Part shown: piece after piece, positions 1 through 12,225 of the stretch
How the letters are laid out: each line of letters begins with the position of its first letter
Position numbering within the stretch: position 1 is the first letter of the stretch
Source of the DNA: Psammoneis japonica
Taxonomy: Eukaryota
Length of the DNA: 64,000 bases
Assembly: GCA_008632985.1 (NCBI GenBank)
Contig: QPGO01000079.1
Span: 62,001-126,000, forward strand
Direction of reading: 5' to 3'
Translations under genes and position numbers: made by a program
The notes under the pieces: generated by a model
Databases searched by the model: none
Seen by the model: the letters and a program-made list of their open reading frames with translations, nothing else
Told to the model about the DNA's origin: nothing

Positions 1-6
1 ATTACC

Positions 7-259
7 TTCATCGTGGAACCCCGCAAATACGCGGGGACCTGTAACCCGGAAATGCGTAGAGTTGTACGTGCATGTGTGGGGACTATTTGCGCAGGTTTTG
101 TACCAGAGCTATCTCGCGAACTAGGCGTTTTTTCGAAATTTTTTCGTAGAAACTGTACCAGTTTTGCGTATGTAGGCTACATGTTTCAGTACCACATACA
201 AAAATGAGCGTAGACCTCTACAGGAGGGTCCCCGCGTATTTGCGGGGTTCCACGATGAA
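7..259. mobile_element. Putative MITE / non-autonomous DNA transposon with perfect 33-bp terminal inverted repeats
   Basis: 7-39 TTCATCGTGGAACCCCGCAAATACGCGGGGACC is the exact reverse complement of 227-259. The interior is non-coding. No clean target-site duplication was identified. Confidence 0.6.
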
Positions 260-380
260 CCTTCAAAGTCACGAAAAATCTTCACCCCACACCCCACACC
301 ATCGTATCTTCTTGCGATGATTTTACCCTTTCTCCTCTTCATAACAACACCGTATTTTTTTTTCGCCCCTTCCGTTCTCC

Positions 381-931
381 ATGTCGACTGCTACCGAATC
401 CACCGAACAACCGACCCTCACAATTCCGTCTGCTGAATTTACACAATACTGTATTGCAACGACTTCCGTTCGGAATTTAGTTACGTGTACTCCCGCTATG
501 CACTATCGAACCAACAAAGGACGTGGACCACAAGCGAAGCTGTACCCTTGGCCCGGCGTATCTTTCAAGAAGCAAACGATGCCGAGAAATTGGTGACTAC
601 TCTCCGTTCCATGGCCGACGAGATCGAAGAACACGCTGTCTATATGAAATTGGACTTCATTCGGCTCGCAGAAAAAGCATACGCCGACACAACTTGCAGC
701 GATTGTTCGGCCAGCCTCTCGGTTCGAAACTGCCGCCTCTGCTTCAATTGCGGCACCCCCTTATGCCGCCGTTGCATGCTTGACTGCGAACAGTGCGATA
801 ATGCAGAACGCGGCTCTGTCTTGTGCAGATCGTGCTGCCCGGGAATCGATCCCGGGAATGAAGCCTGCAAATGGTGCATTCACCACACGAAGACATTCCA
901 GCAAGAGCAAGCCGACTACGGCAGTTATTGA
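381..931 (+). CDS. Cys-rich (multiple CxxC) hypothetical protein, probably frameshifted near 435
   Basis: ORF 485-931 has CSDC, CFNC, CRRC, CEQC, CRSC and CKWC pairs. The upstream ATG (381) is in another frame, and the 485 frame is open back to a TGA at 434. Confidence 0.4.
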
Positions 932-1029
932 ATACCCGCCTCCCTTACCAAATGGCCACTTCATTCCCCTAGCGATCGTACGTAAAATAACTAAACATAC
1001 ATTCCTTCGTCTTTTCTGGTGTTTACTAC

Positions 1030-1797
1030 AGCTGACAACGACAATGCTAAAACCACGATTCCCATAAAGACAACGGTCGGTGTACATCCATGTCATGTGG
1101 ACAAAGAGGGACTGTCTGCGGATGAAAAGTTGGAAACTATAGAGATTGCTACAAGAAAACAAGGAGACCGTGGCAGCTGTGGGTGAATGTGGCTTGGACA
1201 CAAGTGAAGGCTTTCCACCGCTCGAGAATCATCAATTACCTTGGTTTCGAGCTCAAGTCGAGTTGGCATCTGAATGGAATCTCCCATTATTTGTGCATGA
1301 AAGGCTGGCATTTGATGAAACAATAGAGTGCTTGGCTTCTGTACAGGTTCCAGTGTTCATCCATTGTTTTACCGGAACGCGAGAGGAATGTCGTGAGCAC
1401 GTCAAGAGGGGATGCTCTATTTTATTTTCTGGATTTATTTGCAGAGTCCAATGACAATTGCGCCAAGGTACAAGCTTGTCTGGCAGAGGGGCTGATACCG
1501 CTGGACATACTCATGGCTGAAACAGACGCACCGTACATGGGCTTTGACGGCTGTCGCGATGCGTACATGGAAAAGAATGCAGAGTACGTTGCCAGTCTCA
1601 ATGGCAAGAAACGAAAACGACTAACCAAGAGCACCTATCCAAATGTACCCAGCTCATTACCACAAGTTGTTGACAAGATTATGGAATGTATAAACAAGAA
1701 TAGACTGGATTGTGGAGAGGAGTTGTAGGACCGAAGCCGTTTGTCGGAACAAATGACTCGAAACGCGATCGCTTTCTTTGGTTTTGAAGGAATGTAA
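1030..1797 (+). pseudogene. tatD: TatD-family DNase pseudogene (5'-truncated, frameshifts, internal stop)
   Basis: Motifs TVGVHP, AVGECGLD, LPLFVHER, IHCFTG, ETDAPY and NAIAFF are spread over different frames, with an in-frame TAG at 1726-1728. Confidence 0.9.
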
Positions 1798-2299
1798 CAC
1801 ACTAGAGTAAGCACTCGCCACTCAAATCTACTAGCAGCCGTAGCCTAGTAATCATCAAAGCTAACCTACACTGGCGACGATAAGAAGTAAAGATGACGTT
1901 TATACCGGCAACTATTTCAAAATCTTGTTGCGGCATTGGACGTACAGTATCTCTCGAAATGACAAGTCACAAAAAAAAGTGCAGCTCCGCCGGTAAATGA
2001 TAAGATGCATCTAACTCCTGCGGTCAGTTTGTCGACAAACGCTCTTGCCAAACACTGAATCTAAACAAATATCGCCCATCCCTCGTTATAGCAAAGCTTC
2101 CCAGCAGGGGCAGGTGAAAATGATAAGTCCCAACATTCAACAAGTTGCCATAGCTGTGAAAGGTAAATATCAAATGTGTAATCTGCCGCGCGTGCCGGCT
2201 TAGAGAGCTCCCTCTTCCGGTGCTCCGACGACTTGAAGTATTGTCCGAGCAAACTTGCGTTCTCGGGTATATCAGCTTCATTCCCACGCATGTCGATGC

Positions 2300-4040
2300 T
2301 GAAGCTCAGTGCTCCGCCTGCAAGGAGCTCTAGAGTACGCGCGGCTCTTGCGAGGCGAGATCTACAATCACACTCGGTGACAGTCTACGAATAAAGCTCT
2401 TGATGATATTTCCAATCGAAGGAGGCGGTGCCGGCTTCAGAGGCTTTTCGAACACGTCACCAAAGTAAACGTCAGAAATAAGACGAAACTTCCTCCATTT
2501 CTCGATCGGCGGTTGCTTTCGAGGACAAGAGTGTCGGTAGCACCGGACTGAAGACAAAGATTTCACCACGATGCTGTCCTTCGGATACCAAAAGAAGGGA
2601 GCCGCCTTGGGAAGCCGAGGCAACGTTACTTGAAGGGGCATCGTTCTCGTCGGAAATTCTTTTCATCCACTTCCATATCGGCATCTTCAGATTCTTCCTC
2701 ATCCGGAGTACCCAGGGCGATCACCTCATCCATGCTATTGTCCTTCTTCTCGACGCGACGAGATTTGGTGTGCTTGGAACTGCGAGCCTTGAGAGAGGAT
2801 CGCTTGGCAGCTCGTCGAGATCACGTCAGCCTAACGGCAGATTCCTCTGGTTCTGAATCGCTATCTGCATTGATGAGAAGGGTAGCGATGCTGGCGCAAC
2901 CAGAAGCACGCTTTGAACTCTTCTTCAGGGAAGCCTTGGCTCCAACGAACACGTCCGATCCTTGGAGATGCAACTTGAGCGAGTCGCAGTCTGGTTTCTT
3001 CTTGAAATCGATAGTCCAGATCTCACTGAGATACGACCATAAGCATCTAGCGATATGCTCATTGATACCCACACTCAAACTTGCGCAGAACACTGACTTT
3101 GGATCCTTCACTTGCTCTAACTTGATACGCTTTTCGTCATGCGGTTTCCCGGTGCTCCACGGAAATACTTCTTCACTTTTCGACGTGGACTTGGAGCCAC
3201 GAATGCTGAAGCAAAACAAGGAGTAGTCCTGCAATGACATAGACTATCCGAGAGCTTCCATATCATCTCTTCGGCTAAGCTTCTTGCTTTGGTGGACATT
3301 GAGGGAGGAGTAGAGAGGCGTTCCAACCAGTTGCCCGCCCTCGTTCTGATTGCGCTGTGCCGAGGTATCCCTGAGGGCCTGACCAGTCCCAAATCAACCA
3401 CTCGGATTCGCTTCTAAAGTTTCCCGGCTGAACGAGCGAGTATAAAATTTTCTGGTTTGACATCCACAAGCAAGATTTTTTGATCGTGAACAGATTCAAT
3501 GCACGTCACTAATGCGCCCGCAACCGGACCAAAGGGAATCTTCTTCTTGGACTTGTGCTGCTTCATCAGCAACGGAACCGCTTCCATAAGCGATCCCGCT
3601 ATTCTCTCCATGGTAGGAAATCAATATCCTAATAAAGCGTTTCAGGGTATGGTTGAGATGACTTGAACAAATCAATAGGGATTTCAAGTACCGAGATCGT
3701 CGTTGCAAGGCTGGGACGAATTGTCAGTCACAGGCAACGTAGGAATGAGCTTGCCCTGTAGCGACTGGCTGGAGATGCGTACAGTGTGATACACGAGGTT
3801 CTCGTAGTATAAGAGGTCAGCGTTCGTTTGCGCTGTCTTCACGACATAGGGCTAGCTGTCGCACTGTCTCTGTCCTATACTGTCCTTCGGCTTCAACTCA
3901 TATACAAAACCACAAGCACCAGAGCCAAGCTGGCGTCCAACACGCCATTTACGCTTGCCCTTGGTAAGCAGCAATAAGCCTTCAGGTCGACAGAATTGGG
4001 TGTGATAGCTGAAGGGAGACTTTGTAGTACAAAAATTCAT
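2300..4040 (-). pseudogene. VRK/casein kinase 1-like Ser/Thr kinase pseudogene
   Basis: WRVGRQLGSGACGFVY, VDVKPENF, VVDLGL and PLYSSLNVH..LSRRDDMEALG are split by stops and frameshifts. Probable intron at about 3629-3691. Low-complexity K/S/E-rich tail; the 3' end is approximate. Confidence 0.85.
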
Positions 4041-4499
4041 GTAGAGTTCTACGCGTTTTTGAAAATTTACCTGCGATGGACAGACTGCAATTTCTCATAC
4101 AGTATTATTTGCTCTCCGTCGCGTTCGACGCTTTTTTCTGTCAGCGCGGTGCCAGTGTAGCAGGCAGTAGAAGCACATGTTGTATGATGTAGTCAACAGG
4201 AAGAGATTGTTTGTGTCTACACGATCATTTATTGGCCGCCATCAAGAATCACGTCTGGCACAGAGTTTTCGAGAAACACGTGCATGATGCTGACTTTGCC
4301 AGACTTGCGCATGTTGCATACGTGTGCCTGTTGAGACATGTTTTGTATCCATCAGCAAGCCGCTCATCAAGTCATTACCAGAATGAGTTAATTGAGACAA
4401 CCCTTGACCACGGCATCCCCGCATACGTCTTGTCTCCGGTGTCCGATGAAGCACAAAACGGAATAAGCAGGTGGTCTCACTCAGAAAATTTCAGCGACA

Positions 4500-5960
4500 T
4501 GCTTCTAACAATCGATAATTATCCACCAAACCGGTCCGAGCTCAATGAAACGGAAAAGTTTGACAGTAGAGTTCCCGGAATGCTTCTGATTGATACACCA
4601 GTCCAAGAGTCCTTTACCAATCTTTGTTCTCGTGGATCGTCCCTTTTTGATATTGCTATTCTAGTTGTCAGTCTTATGAATGGTTTGTAACAGCAGACAA
4701 TTGAACATTTAACAAGGTGTACAGGTGCTATGCTTGGAAGACGTGAAAAATACTACTATTCGAGACGCTGTCAAGGATCACCCCGAGTGCATGATTTCGA
4801 AGTTCTCTAGTGATTCTACGGAAGCAAAGCTTCAACTGCAGGAGCAGGGCGTCAACTCAAACTTGTACTGGGAAATGGGAGATGAGGATTGGACAAATTC
4901 AGACTTTGTCCCGCTCGTACCGACGTCGGCCGTGACGGGGGAGGGAGTTCAAGATGTCCTGATGCTACTTTGTGAAACGACTCATCGTGAGCTATGGAAG
5001 AAAATTATGTGGTGTGCCAACTTCCTGTGTACCGTATTGGAAGTGAAAGCAATCGACTGATTAGACATGAATGTAGATGCTCTAGAGGTGAATGGTTACC
5101 ATCCTACGTGTACGGCAGGGCGACAAGGCCGTGTTTTGTACATTGGACTGTCCCATTGTTGCCGAAATGCCGACGCCACCACCAAGCCGAGAAATGAGGA
5201 TAAAGTCTTATTACATTCATCATAAAGAAATGAAGGGAGCGCTTGGCGTCAAGATTATCGGAAACAGACTCGAAAAGGTCATGGCCGGCACCCCGGTAAT
5301 GGTAAGCTAACGATAGTCCTGCTCGTCAGACTCGTCGGCTGTGGTCTATCTTGGCTATTTTTTTATTCTTAGATTGTTGGAGAAGATGACGAAGAGGAAG
5401 ATATAAAGGCGGGCGTCATATCTGATTTGATTGCGCTCGAAGACAAGTTGAGTGCCGGCAAGAAGGGAGTAATGGTGCAAGCCTCAACCTTGGGTGCACT
5501 CGAAGTGCTCCTGCAGTTCTTTATGGAAGAAACAAACCTGCCAATACCCGTCAGTGCAATTGTAATTGGAACGGTACACAAACGTGACGTGACGAAGATC
5601 TCCATTATGAACGAGAAAGGCTATCCGGAGTACCCCACATTCCTTTGCGGTTGATGTGACGATTGAGCGCGAGGCCCGAGAACATGCCAATGAGATGAGC
5701 ATCCGAATTTTCACCGCCGACATTATCTACCACTTGTTTGATCAATTCACCATGTTCATTGATGAACTAGCGGATCGCAGCGTAAGTGGCAACCTCGTGC
5801 TTTGTTGCGCACGAGTACATGTGGTTATAGGTCTGTGATCGACTCACACTTGGTTTGTCTTTTTTACCTAAAAGTGTCTCTGTGTTTCCCAACATTATCA
5901 AGATTCTGCCTCAACACATTTTCAACCAAAAGGATCCAAAACGTTGTCGGTGTTGAAGTT
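4500..5960 (+). pseudogene. eIF5B: Eukaryotic translation initiation factor 5B partial pseudogene
   Basis: [59 protein letters not shown] and IFTADIIYHLFDQF, with stops at 4688 and 5058 plus frameshifts. A GT-AG intron at 5302-5372 is retained. Confidence 0.92.
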
Positions 5961-6849
5961 AAGGCCACTTGCCTTTGCAGGATAGACAACAGCACCCAGG
6001 TCCACCTGCCCTGTTGCCACTGTCCAATTTAATATAACCTGTTGAGAACAAAATGGAGCCACAATGAGAGCATAGTTCCGCAGTCTGAGAGCTTACAAAA
6101 TTGTCACGTCGCTCCTGGTACTGGATCTCATCAAGTGCAAGAAGCTCTTTGAGCTGGTCTTGCCACCCAAAAAAGATCGTGGTGAGAGCAAAGCAAGCGT
6201 CTGCAGTTGGATGGATTTTGGATGCTTGTTTTTGCAAACTCTCCACGCACGGACGGAGAGAGCCATTGTCTTCTATGGTTCCAATGACCACAGCCTCAAT
6301 CGCGTTGTGATTGGGATCAGACTTTCGTTTCTTTTTGACGTGTTTGCTTGCATCATCTGGGAATCCAAGTCGTTGTTCCCAACACAGGTTGCCAACATCT
6401 CTTGTGCGACAGCACAACTCGACACGTCGATTTGCACCACGTGGCTCAGTTACAGCCGTGAAAAATCCTGTGCCGTCATCCTCGATGCTTCCATCCAAAA
6501 CAATCTCTGCATTTGCCCGCTCTCCTTTGTTGCAACAATCGTCCGTTTTGTCACTTTTTCCACAAGATGATACGAAATGTCGGTGGATTCCCACAAGTAT
6601 CTGGGGATTTCTCCGGTGCTGGCAGAGTCTCAACGACTTTTCAACAAGGGCGTTGCATGCCTCCGAGAAAAATGCAGAATCAAGATCTCGCAATACAGTG
6701 TAGTACGGATACCGTAACCTCTCGATCTTGGAGCATCTCGGAGTCGCTCCACAATCAGCCCTCAGGCGTCGAACAGAGCAACAGCAACAACAAATGAGGT
6801 TGTCCCTGCAATGCGGTGCATGTGACCGTTGTAACTGTACAGTGCGCAA
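5959..6849 (-). other. Unassigned 296-codon ORF overlapping a small TA-depleted island
   Basis: No recognisable domain. Part of its openness may come from loss of TAA/TAG at 6120-6570. Confidence 0.2.
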
Positions 6850-6859
6850 TTTATTTTGC

Positions 6860-7150
6860 CCTCACTCTCTAGCTAGAGCTACCGGTAGAGAGAGTAGGGC
6901 TAGAGGAGTAGAGAGTGGTAGGTAGACTAACTCTACTAGCTAGAGCTCTAGTAGAGAGTAGATAAAAGCTGCTACTACATAGGGGCCCTACTCAAGAGCA
7001 GCACTGTATCGTAGGCCCACGGTAGGCCCTACCGGTACAGTACAGTACATAGGGCCCTACAAGTACATTCTCTCTTCAAGACAGGATACTTTTTTTTTCG
7101 TATGCTCATACCGTACCGTAGATGCGAATTACAGTACGCACTTTACGTAT
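6860..7150. repeat. TA-rich patch of short palindromes (TAGCTA, TACCGGTA, TAGGGCCCTA, TACAGTA, TACCGTA)
   Basis: TACCGGTA at 7030, TACAGTACAGTA at 7036, TAGGGCCCTA at 7050 and TACCGTACCGTA at 7109. Confidence 0.7.
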
Positions 7151-7419
7151 CCGAATTTTCTTACCAATCCTGAAGTCCTCAAACAAGCACACTTACTAAA
7201 CTTTGCATCAAAGTTTATTATCGATGATAATGAACATGTTATTTATCAGTTCATTAAAACATACAAAAGGGGGTGCTCATGATGTAGTTAATGAAGTCGG
7301 TAAGGGGTGGGTTTTTCGTGCGTGTTTTTCATTTTTTGGCGTTCTCTCAACAGGAATCTTGACTTGCGGCTTTTTTATTTTCAATCTGTCCGTCCATGCG
7401 CATTTGAATGTCCAACTTC

Positions 7420-7640
7420 TCGGGTGCACCATGCTCGAAGAGCGAGTGTGAACGAAAGCAGAATGAATCACAAAAAGTGGAAAATTGGGAGGTTGGATTT
7501 TGTTCTGAGGTTTGAGTTTCTCCAAAGGAGCGGCCTTCAATGGCCTGAAGCTTTTGCGCTGCTTCCACAAACCAAAGGCCTTGCGGAGAATTGGACCCAA
7601 CAACAGATTGTTTCAACACGATCAACGCCAACACCTCGCT
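7420..7640 (-). repeat. LTR-like repeat, copy 1
   Basis: Aligns with 12226-12410 (direct) and 59180-59375 (inverted). Exact LTR ends are uncertain. Confidence 0.8.
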
Positions 7641-10600
7641 TGTGTGCAACCCCCTCTGGTTGACAATGCCTGCTGGCTGCACTTGCCTCCCCAGTTGCAC
7701 ATTGGGGTCACTTGCCAAATGGCACAATTTGACAGATGTCGACAATGTCGTCGCGTTTGAGACCTGTGCTGAGCCGCTGGTGTGCGATGTTGTCATTTCG
7801 CAGGGTCCAGCACAGGGCTGCTCCAATTTTTGAGAGTTTTTCCTGAGCAACATTTTCCTCTCACTCTGCAGGTGCAAGAAGTGTGCTGAGCATTTTCTCA
7901 AGCATTGTTTCTGTTTGTGGCATTTTGTTTTTGCCCCTGCACAAAGCTCCAGCCAGCGATGTGTTGGACATCAAATGTCATGTCTCAATTGAAGACCAGC
8001 TGCCCTGGTGCAGCTTGCACAGCAGTGTGACAAGTTGAATGCACTGCAAAGGCTGCTGCTGACAGCATTCCAGAAAATGGATCCTTTGTGTGGAGAGGAG
8101 CATTTTGCAGGTCAAGTGTGCACGGCATGTGTTGCCCAGTGCTTGGCGCACATGCTCTGTGATGGCATTGGCTGGCTTGTGAATTTTGCACAGTTGTGAG
8201 CCCACATTCAATGCTGCAATCATCTTGGGCCAAAGTTTTAAATTGATGTCCCCAGCGGGCTTGCTTCCACAATCATGAGTGGTCGACAAAGGCCAGCGAC
8301 ATCTGCTTGGCCATGTTCGTCATCCCACAAGTCCAGCAACAGTTGTGTGGGCCCCTTGTCATTTGGAATTTCCATGACCTCAAACCAGCCAGTTGCTGGA
8401 TCTGTCATTGTCAAACACCCCAGAACTGGGGTTTCTTCTTCCCTTTGCAATGCATTTTGTGCGGCCCAATGAGATCCACACATGATCTTTGCCGCGGCGC
8501 TCATTTTTGTTTGTGATTTCTTGTTTTTTTCTGGACAAACCTCCAACCAGCCATGTGTGCTGGACATTGAAAATCGTGTCTCTCTCAAAGACTGATTGTC
8601 CTGGTGTGGCTTGCACAGCAGTGTGGCGCGCAGAACGCACAGCAAAAGCCGCTGCTGACAGTGTGTTGAAAATGGATCATCTGCATCCATGGGTGCATTT
8701 TGCAAATTCAGTGCACGCAGCACATTTGCATGTGGATTTTGTGCAGCTGTGAGCTTGACTTCAATGCCGCAATCATCTTGGACCATGTCCTTGAACTCAT
8801 GATGTCCCATGAACTCACTTCCATGGTCACATGCAATTGAAAATGGTCAAGGACATCTGCTTGACCACATCCCATCTGATGGTCCAGCTGCAGTCATGGA
8901 TTCCTTGTTTGGGATTTTTGTGACTTCAGGCCATCTGGTTGCTGGATCAATCATTGTCAAACATTGCAGGGCTGAGGGTTTCTTCTTTCCCTTGTGACAC
9001 ATCTTGCATGGTCCAACAAGACTCGCACACAGCCATTCCCACAGCATTGCTTCTGTGCACTTTTTAAATTTCTGGCATGTCTCACATTTCAACACACACC
9101 TTGCATGTCTTCACACAAGCCAGACCATGTCAAGTCTTGTGAGATTGTCTCTTCTGTTTGATTTGTGCCAGGGTGCAGAAGATGTGTGTGGCACCAATCT
9201 GTCACTGTTTTTGCAGCATCTTTGGCGCGACAATTTTTTCCTTGTTTTGTGACATGTGGGCATTGTTTGATCTCCCTTGCCTTCACAAAAAGTCTTCACA
9301 TGACATGTCACATCCAACAAATGGAAGAGAATGTCTTTTTCCCCTTTTTTGTGTCAAGAACTTGGCATGTTGAGGGAAAGACATTGTCGTGGGATTTGGG
9401 TGTGACTTTCTCAGCAAATTCTTCAGTGCTGGGGTTTTCTGCAAGTTCAGTTTTTTTTTTTCACAGCAAGTCAGCTGATTGCACCTGTGATCTGTTGGCC
9501 AAACAGCACATTTTAGAGCTCCTTGAGAGTTTCTGCAATGGGCAGCAGCTCCTTTTCTGTTGTGGTGTGGTGTGTCTGTGCTCCATTCAGCTTTCAGCTT
9601 TTGCCAGCTTTGGGAGACAACAGGTTGTTTGTCCTGTGACATAACCACACCCAGTTGAGAATTGCTTGCATCTGTTCATGTCTCAAAGGGTTTGTTGAAG
9701 TTCGGGTGTGCCAGCGACATGTCTTCTGACACAACTTGCTTCACATTTTTGAAGGCTTTTGGTCAGTCTGGCTGGAGGAGCAAGTGTGTGAGATTGTCAA
9801 GGCCACATGTCTTGACAACAGTTGGTCATGCAAACAAAACATTGCAGCTCTTTGCAAGTTTCAGGAGCAGCAATCAATTGAATTGCCTCCACTTTCTTGG
9901 AGATTTGTCTGACACCTTTCTGCAAGAAGATGTGAAACCCAAGAGGACAGTCTGCCTTGAGTCTTGTGAAAAAGGATTTTTTGGCACTGACTTTGAACCA
10001 GCTTGTTTGAGCCACATGAATGTTGTTTTGAGCTTTTGAAGATGATCTTTAAAGTCACTTTTTGTCAGGCACAGCATGTTGTTGACTCACATCCTGACAA
10101 ATTCCAAGCCTGCCATGAGCTCACTCATGTGCTCTTGAAAAACATCTGGAGCTCCACAAATTCCCACAGGGAGCCTGCAGGAGTGCTTGCATTTGCCCCA
10201 CAGCATCGCAATGGTGCACAAACAACATGTGTGTTTTGCCAACTTGATGCAACAATGTCCCATGTTCAAATCAAGTGACATTGCACAAATGAAGCCCTTG
10301 AGCTTCTGCAGCATGTCTTGAACATTGGGTGGAGGATGCGGAGCACACATCACCTCGGCCCAATTCAGCTCACAAAAGTTGGTCAAAAATCAAACTCCAC
10401 TCTTTTTCTTGTGGGTTGAACAAAGGTTGGAGCTGCCCACTCTGAGTGGTTCATTTGTCTCTTGAGACTCCTGTCTTGCAGAGTCTTTTGGCTTCCCTTC
10501 AAGTGGTTGCTTCCAAGGCTTGTGGAACAGGAAATGGCTTTGCGTGGTGTGGGGTTGCACCTGATTTGATGCAAGATTGACCAGTTTTCCATCCCACATG

Positions 10601-12225
10601 CCTGAGGAAAAACCAACAAAATGATTTGCTTCTGCTCCTCTGGAGTGAGGTGAGTTGCTGCTGCAGTTGCATTGTTGAGGTCAGAAGTGTGACAGCCAGT
10701 GCCCTGTTGACCCTGTCATTGAGGCTCTTCATGGCGCGAGATTCCTCAATGTGATTGTCAATCAGCTTCAAGACCTTGGCATCAAAGAATGCATCTGCAC
10801 CCTTCATTGGTGCAGTTGCACCCTCCCATTTGATTTCTTCATCATTTGCAAAATCAAGTGTGATTCCAAGACTGCTCATCAAGTTGTGTTCCATGATCAC
10901 ATCATGTCACCATGAAGAAGAAAGAGTGCCACCCACATGTGCCGTCTTCTCAATCATTTCATGCTCATCCAATTTGGGCAATGAGAACTGTGTCTTGCAT
11001 TTGCTGTCAGTTGCAAAGAGCCCTCCCTTCTTTGGTTCTCAATTTCTGTGTGAATTTGCACAAAATTGTGATCAACAATGTTCTGTCATCAAGAAGAACA
11101 CACGGAGGCTTGTTTTTCTCTTTCTCCAAGGAAGTGTTCACACAAGCAATGACTGTTGGACTGGCACAAATTGTTTTGTCCTTTTTTCTGGGCTTCCCAA
11201 TGTCCAGTGACATGTGTGACTCTTCAACAGGCACCAGCCATTCCTTGGATTTGCTGCATGTCATCGGCTCTCTTCACTGAGAGCATTGGCACTGCAATCT
11301 TTGCCCTTGTGCTTTTTGTCACTCTTCAATGAACTTGCCTTGAGAGTTTTGTTGATTGCCTGAGCAGCCATGGCATTCTTCAACTCTTTCTTGTGAGAGG
11401 CACCTCTGTTGTTGTGATGCAACCACATGCAATTACCACTTGAATGTTGCCATTTTGGGTTTTGTTCAGAACTCTCATGGCGTTCCTCAGCTGGTCTTTC
11501 AATGATCCAGGATTCACCCACATTGTGGGTGGTCTTTTCGTCACAACAATTGCACCAGCACTTGTTGGACTCAGAATGTTTGGCACCTGGCAGGTGGCCA
11601 TTTTTGGGGCCACGTTGAAACCCACTTTTGGTTTTAGAATCAGGGTCATGCTTGCTGTTGGCATCAGCCTTGACATGAATTTGGTCAAACATGTCTTCTG
11701 CAACCTCCAGATGTTCCAAAAACTCAACCAGCAACTTGTTGAAGGTGTGGTCCAAAATCTCAAAACCTTGTGCAGTTGACTGATGCTGCCACATGCAAGG
11801 TGCAACGTTGTGGACAACATCCCATCTTCTTCCAGATGTTGGTTGGCTTTAAAGGGAGGGTGGAGCTTAAAGTCTTCAGTGACCTCCAGAGCTCATGTGG
11901 TGATTTCTTGAATCTTCATCAACTCCAGTTTCTCTTGAGATCACAGTGCAGATGTTGTCTCTGGCTCTGAAGTGCATTCTTCAGGAAGACATGGTTTGAG
12001 AGACAATCCAGGCATTTTTCAAAGGCTCCTTTGGCTTCTTCATCATCTGTGTTTGTCGCCTCATTCTCAAAAACTTGGAGAGTGCTCCCCTGCAACAACA
12101 TGTGCATGAGCCAGAACCCATCAGCTTGCTTCTGAATGCTCTGTCCAGCCAAGACTTGACAACACATCTTGAGGAATTTGGCGCACTTGGGGGCTCCTTG
12201 TTTGTTGCAGCACGTGGCACTGCAA

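Noticed and set aside
2630..3226. 198-aa plus-strand ORF
   Set aside because: Antisense shadow of the kinase pseudogene.
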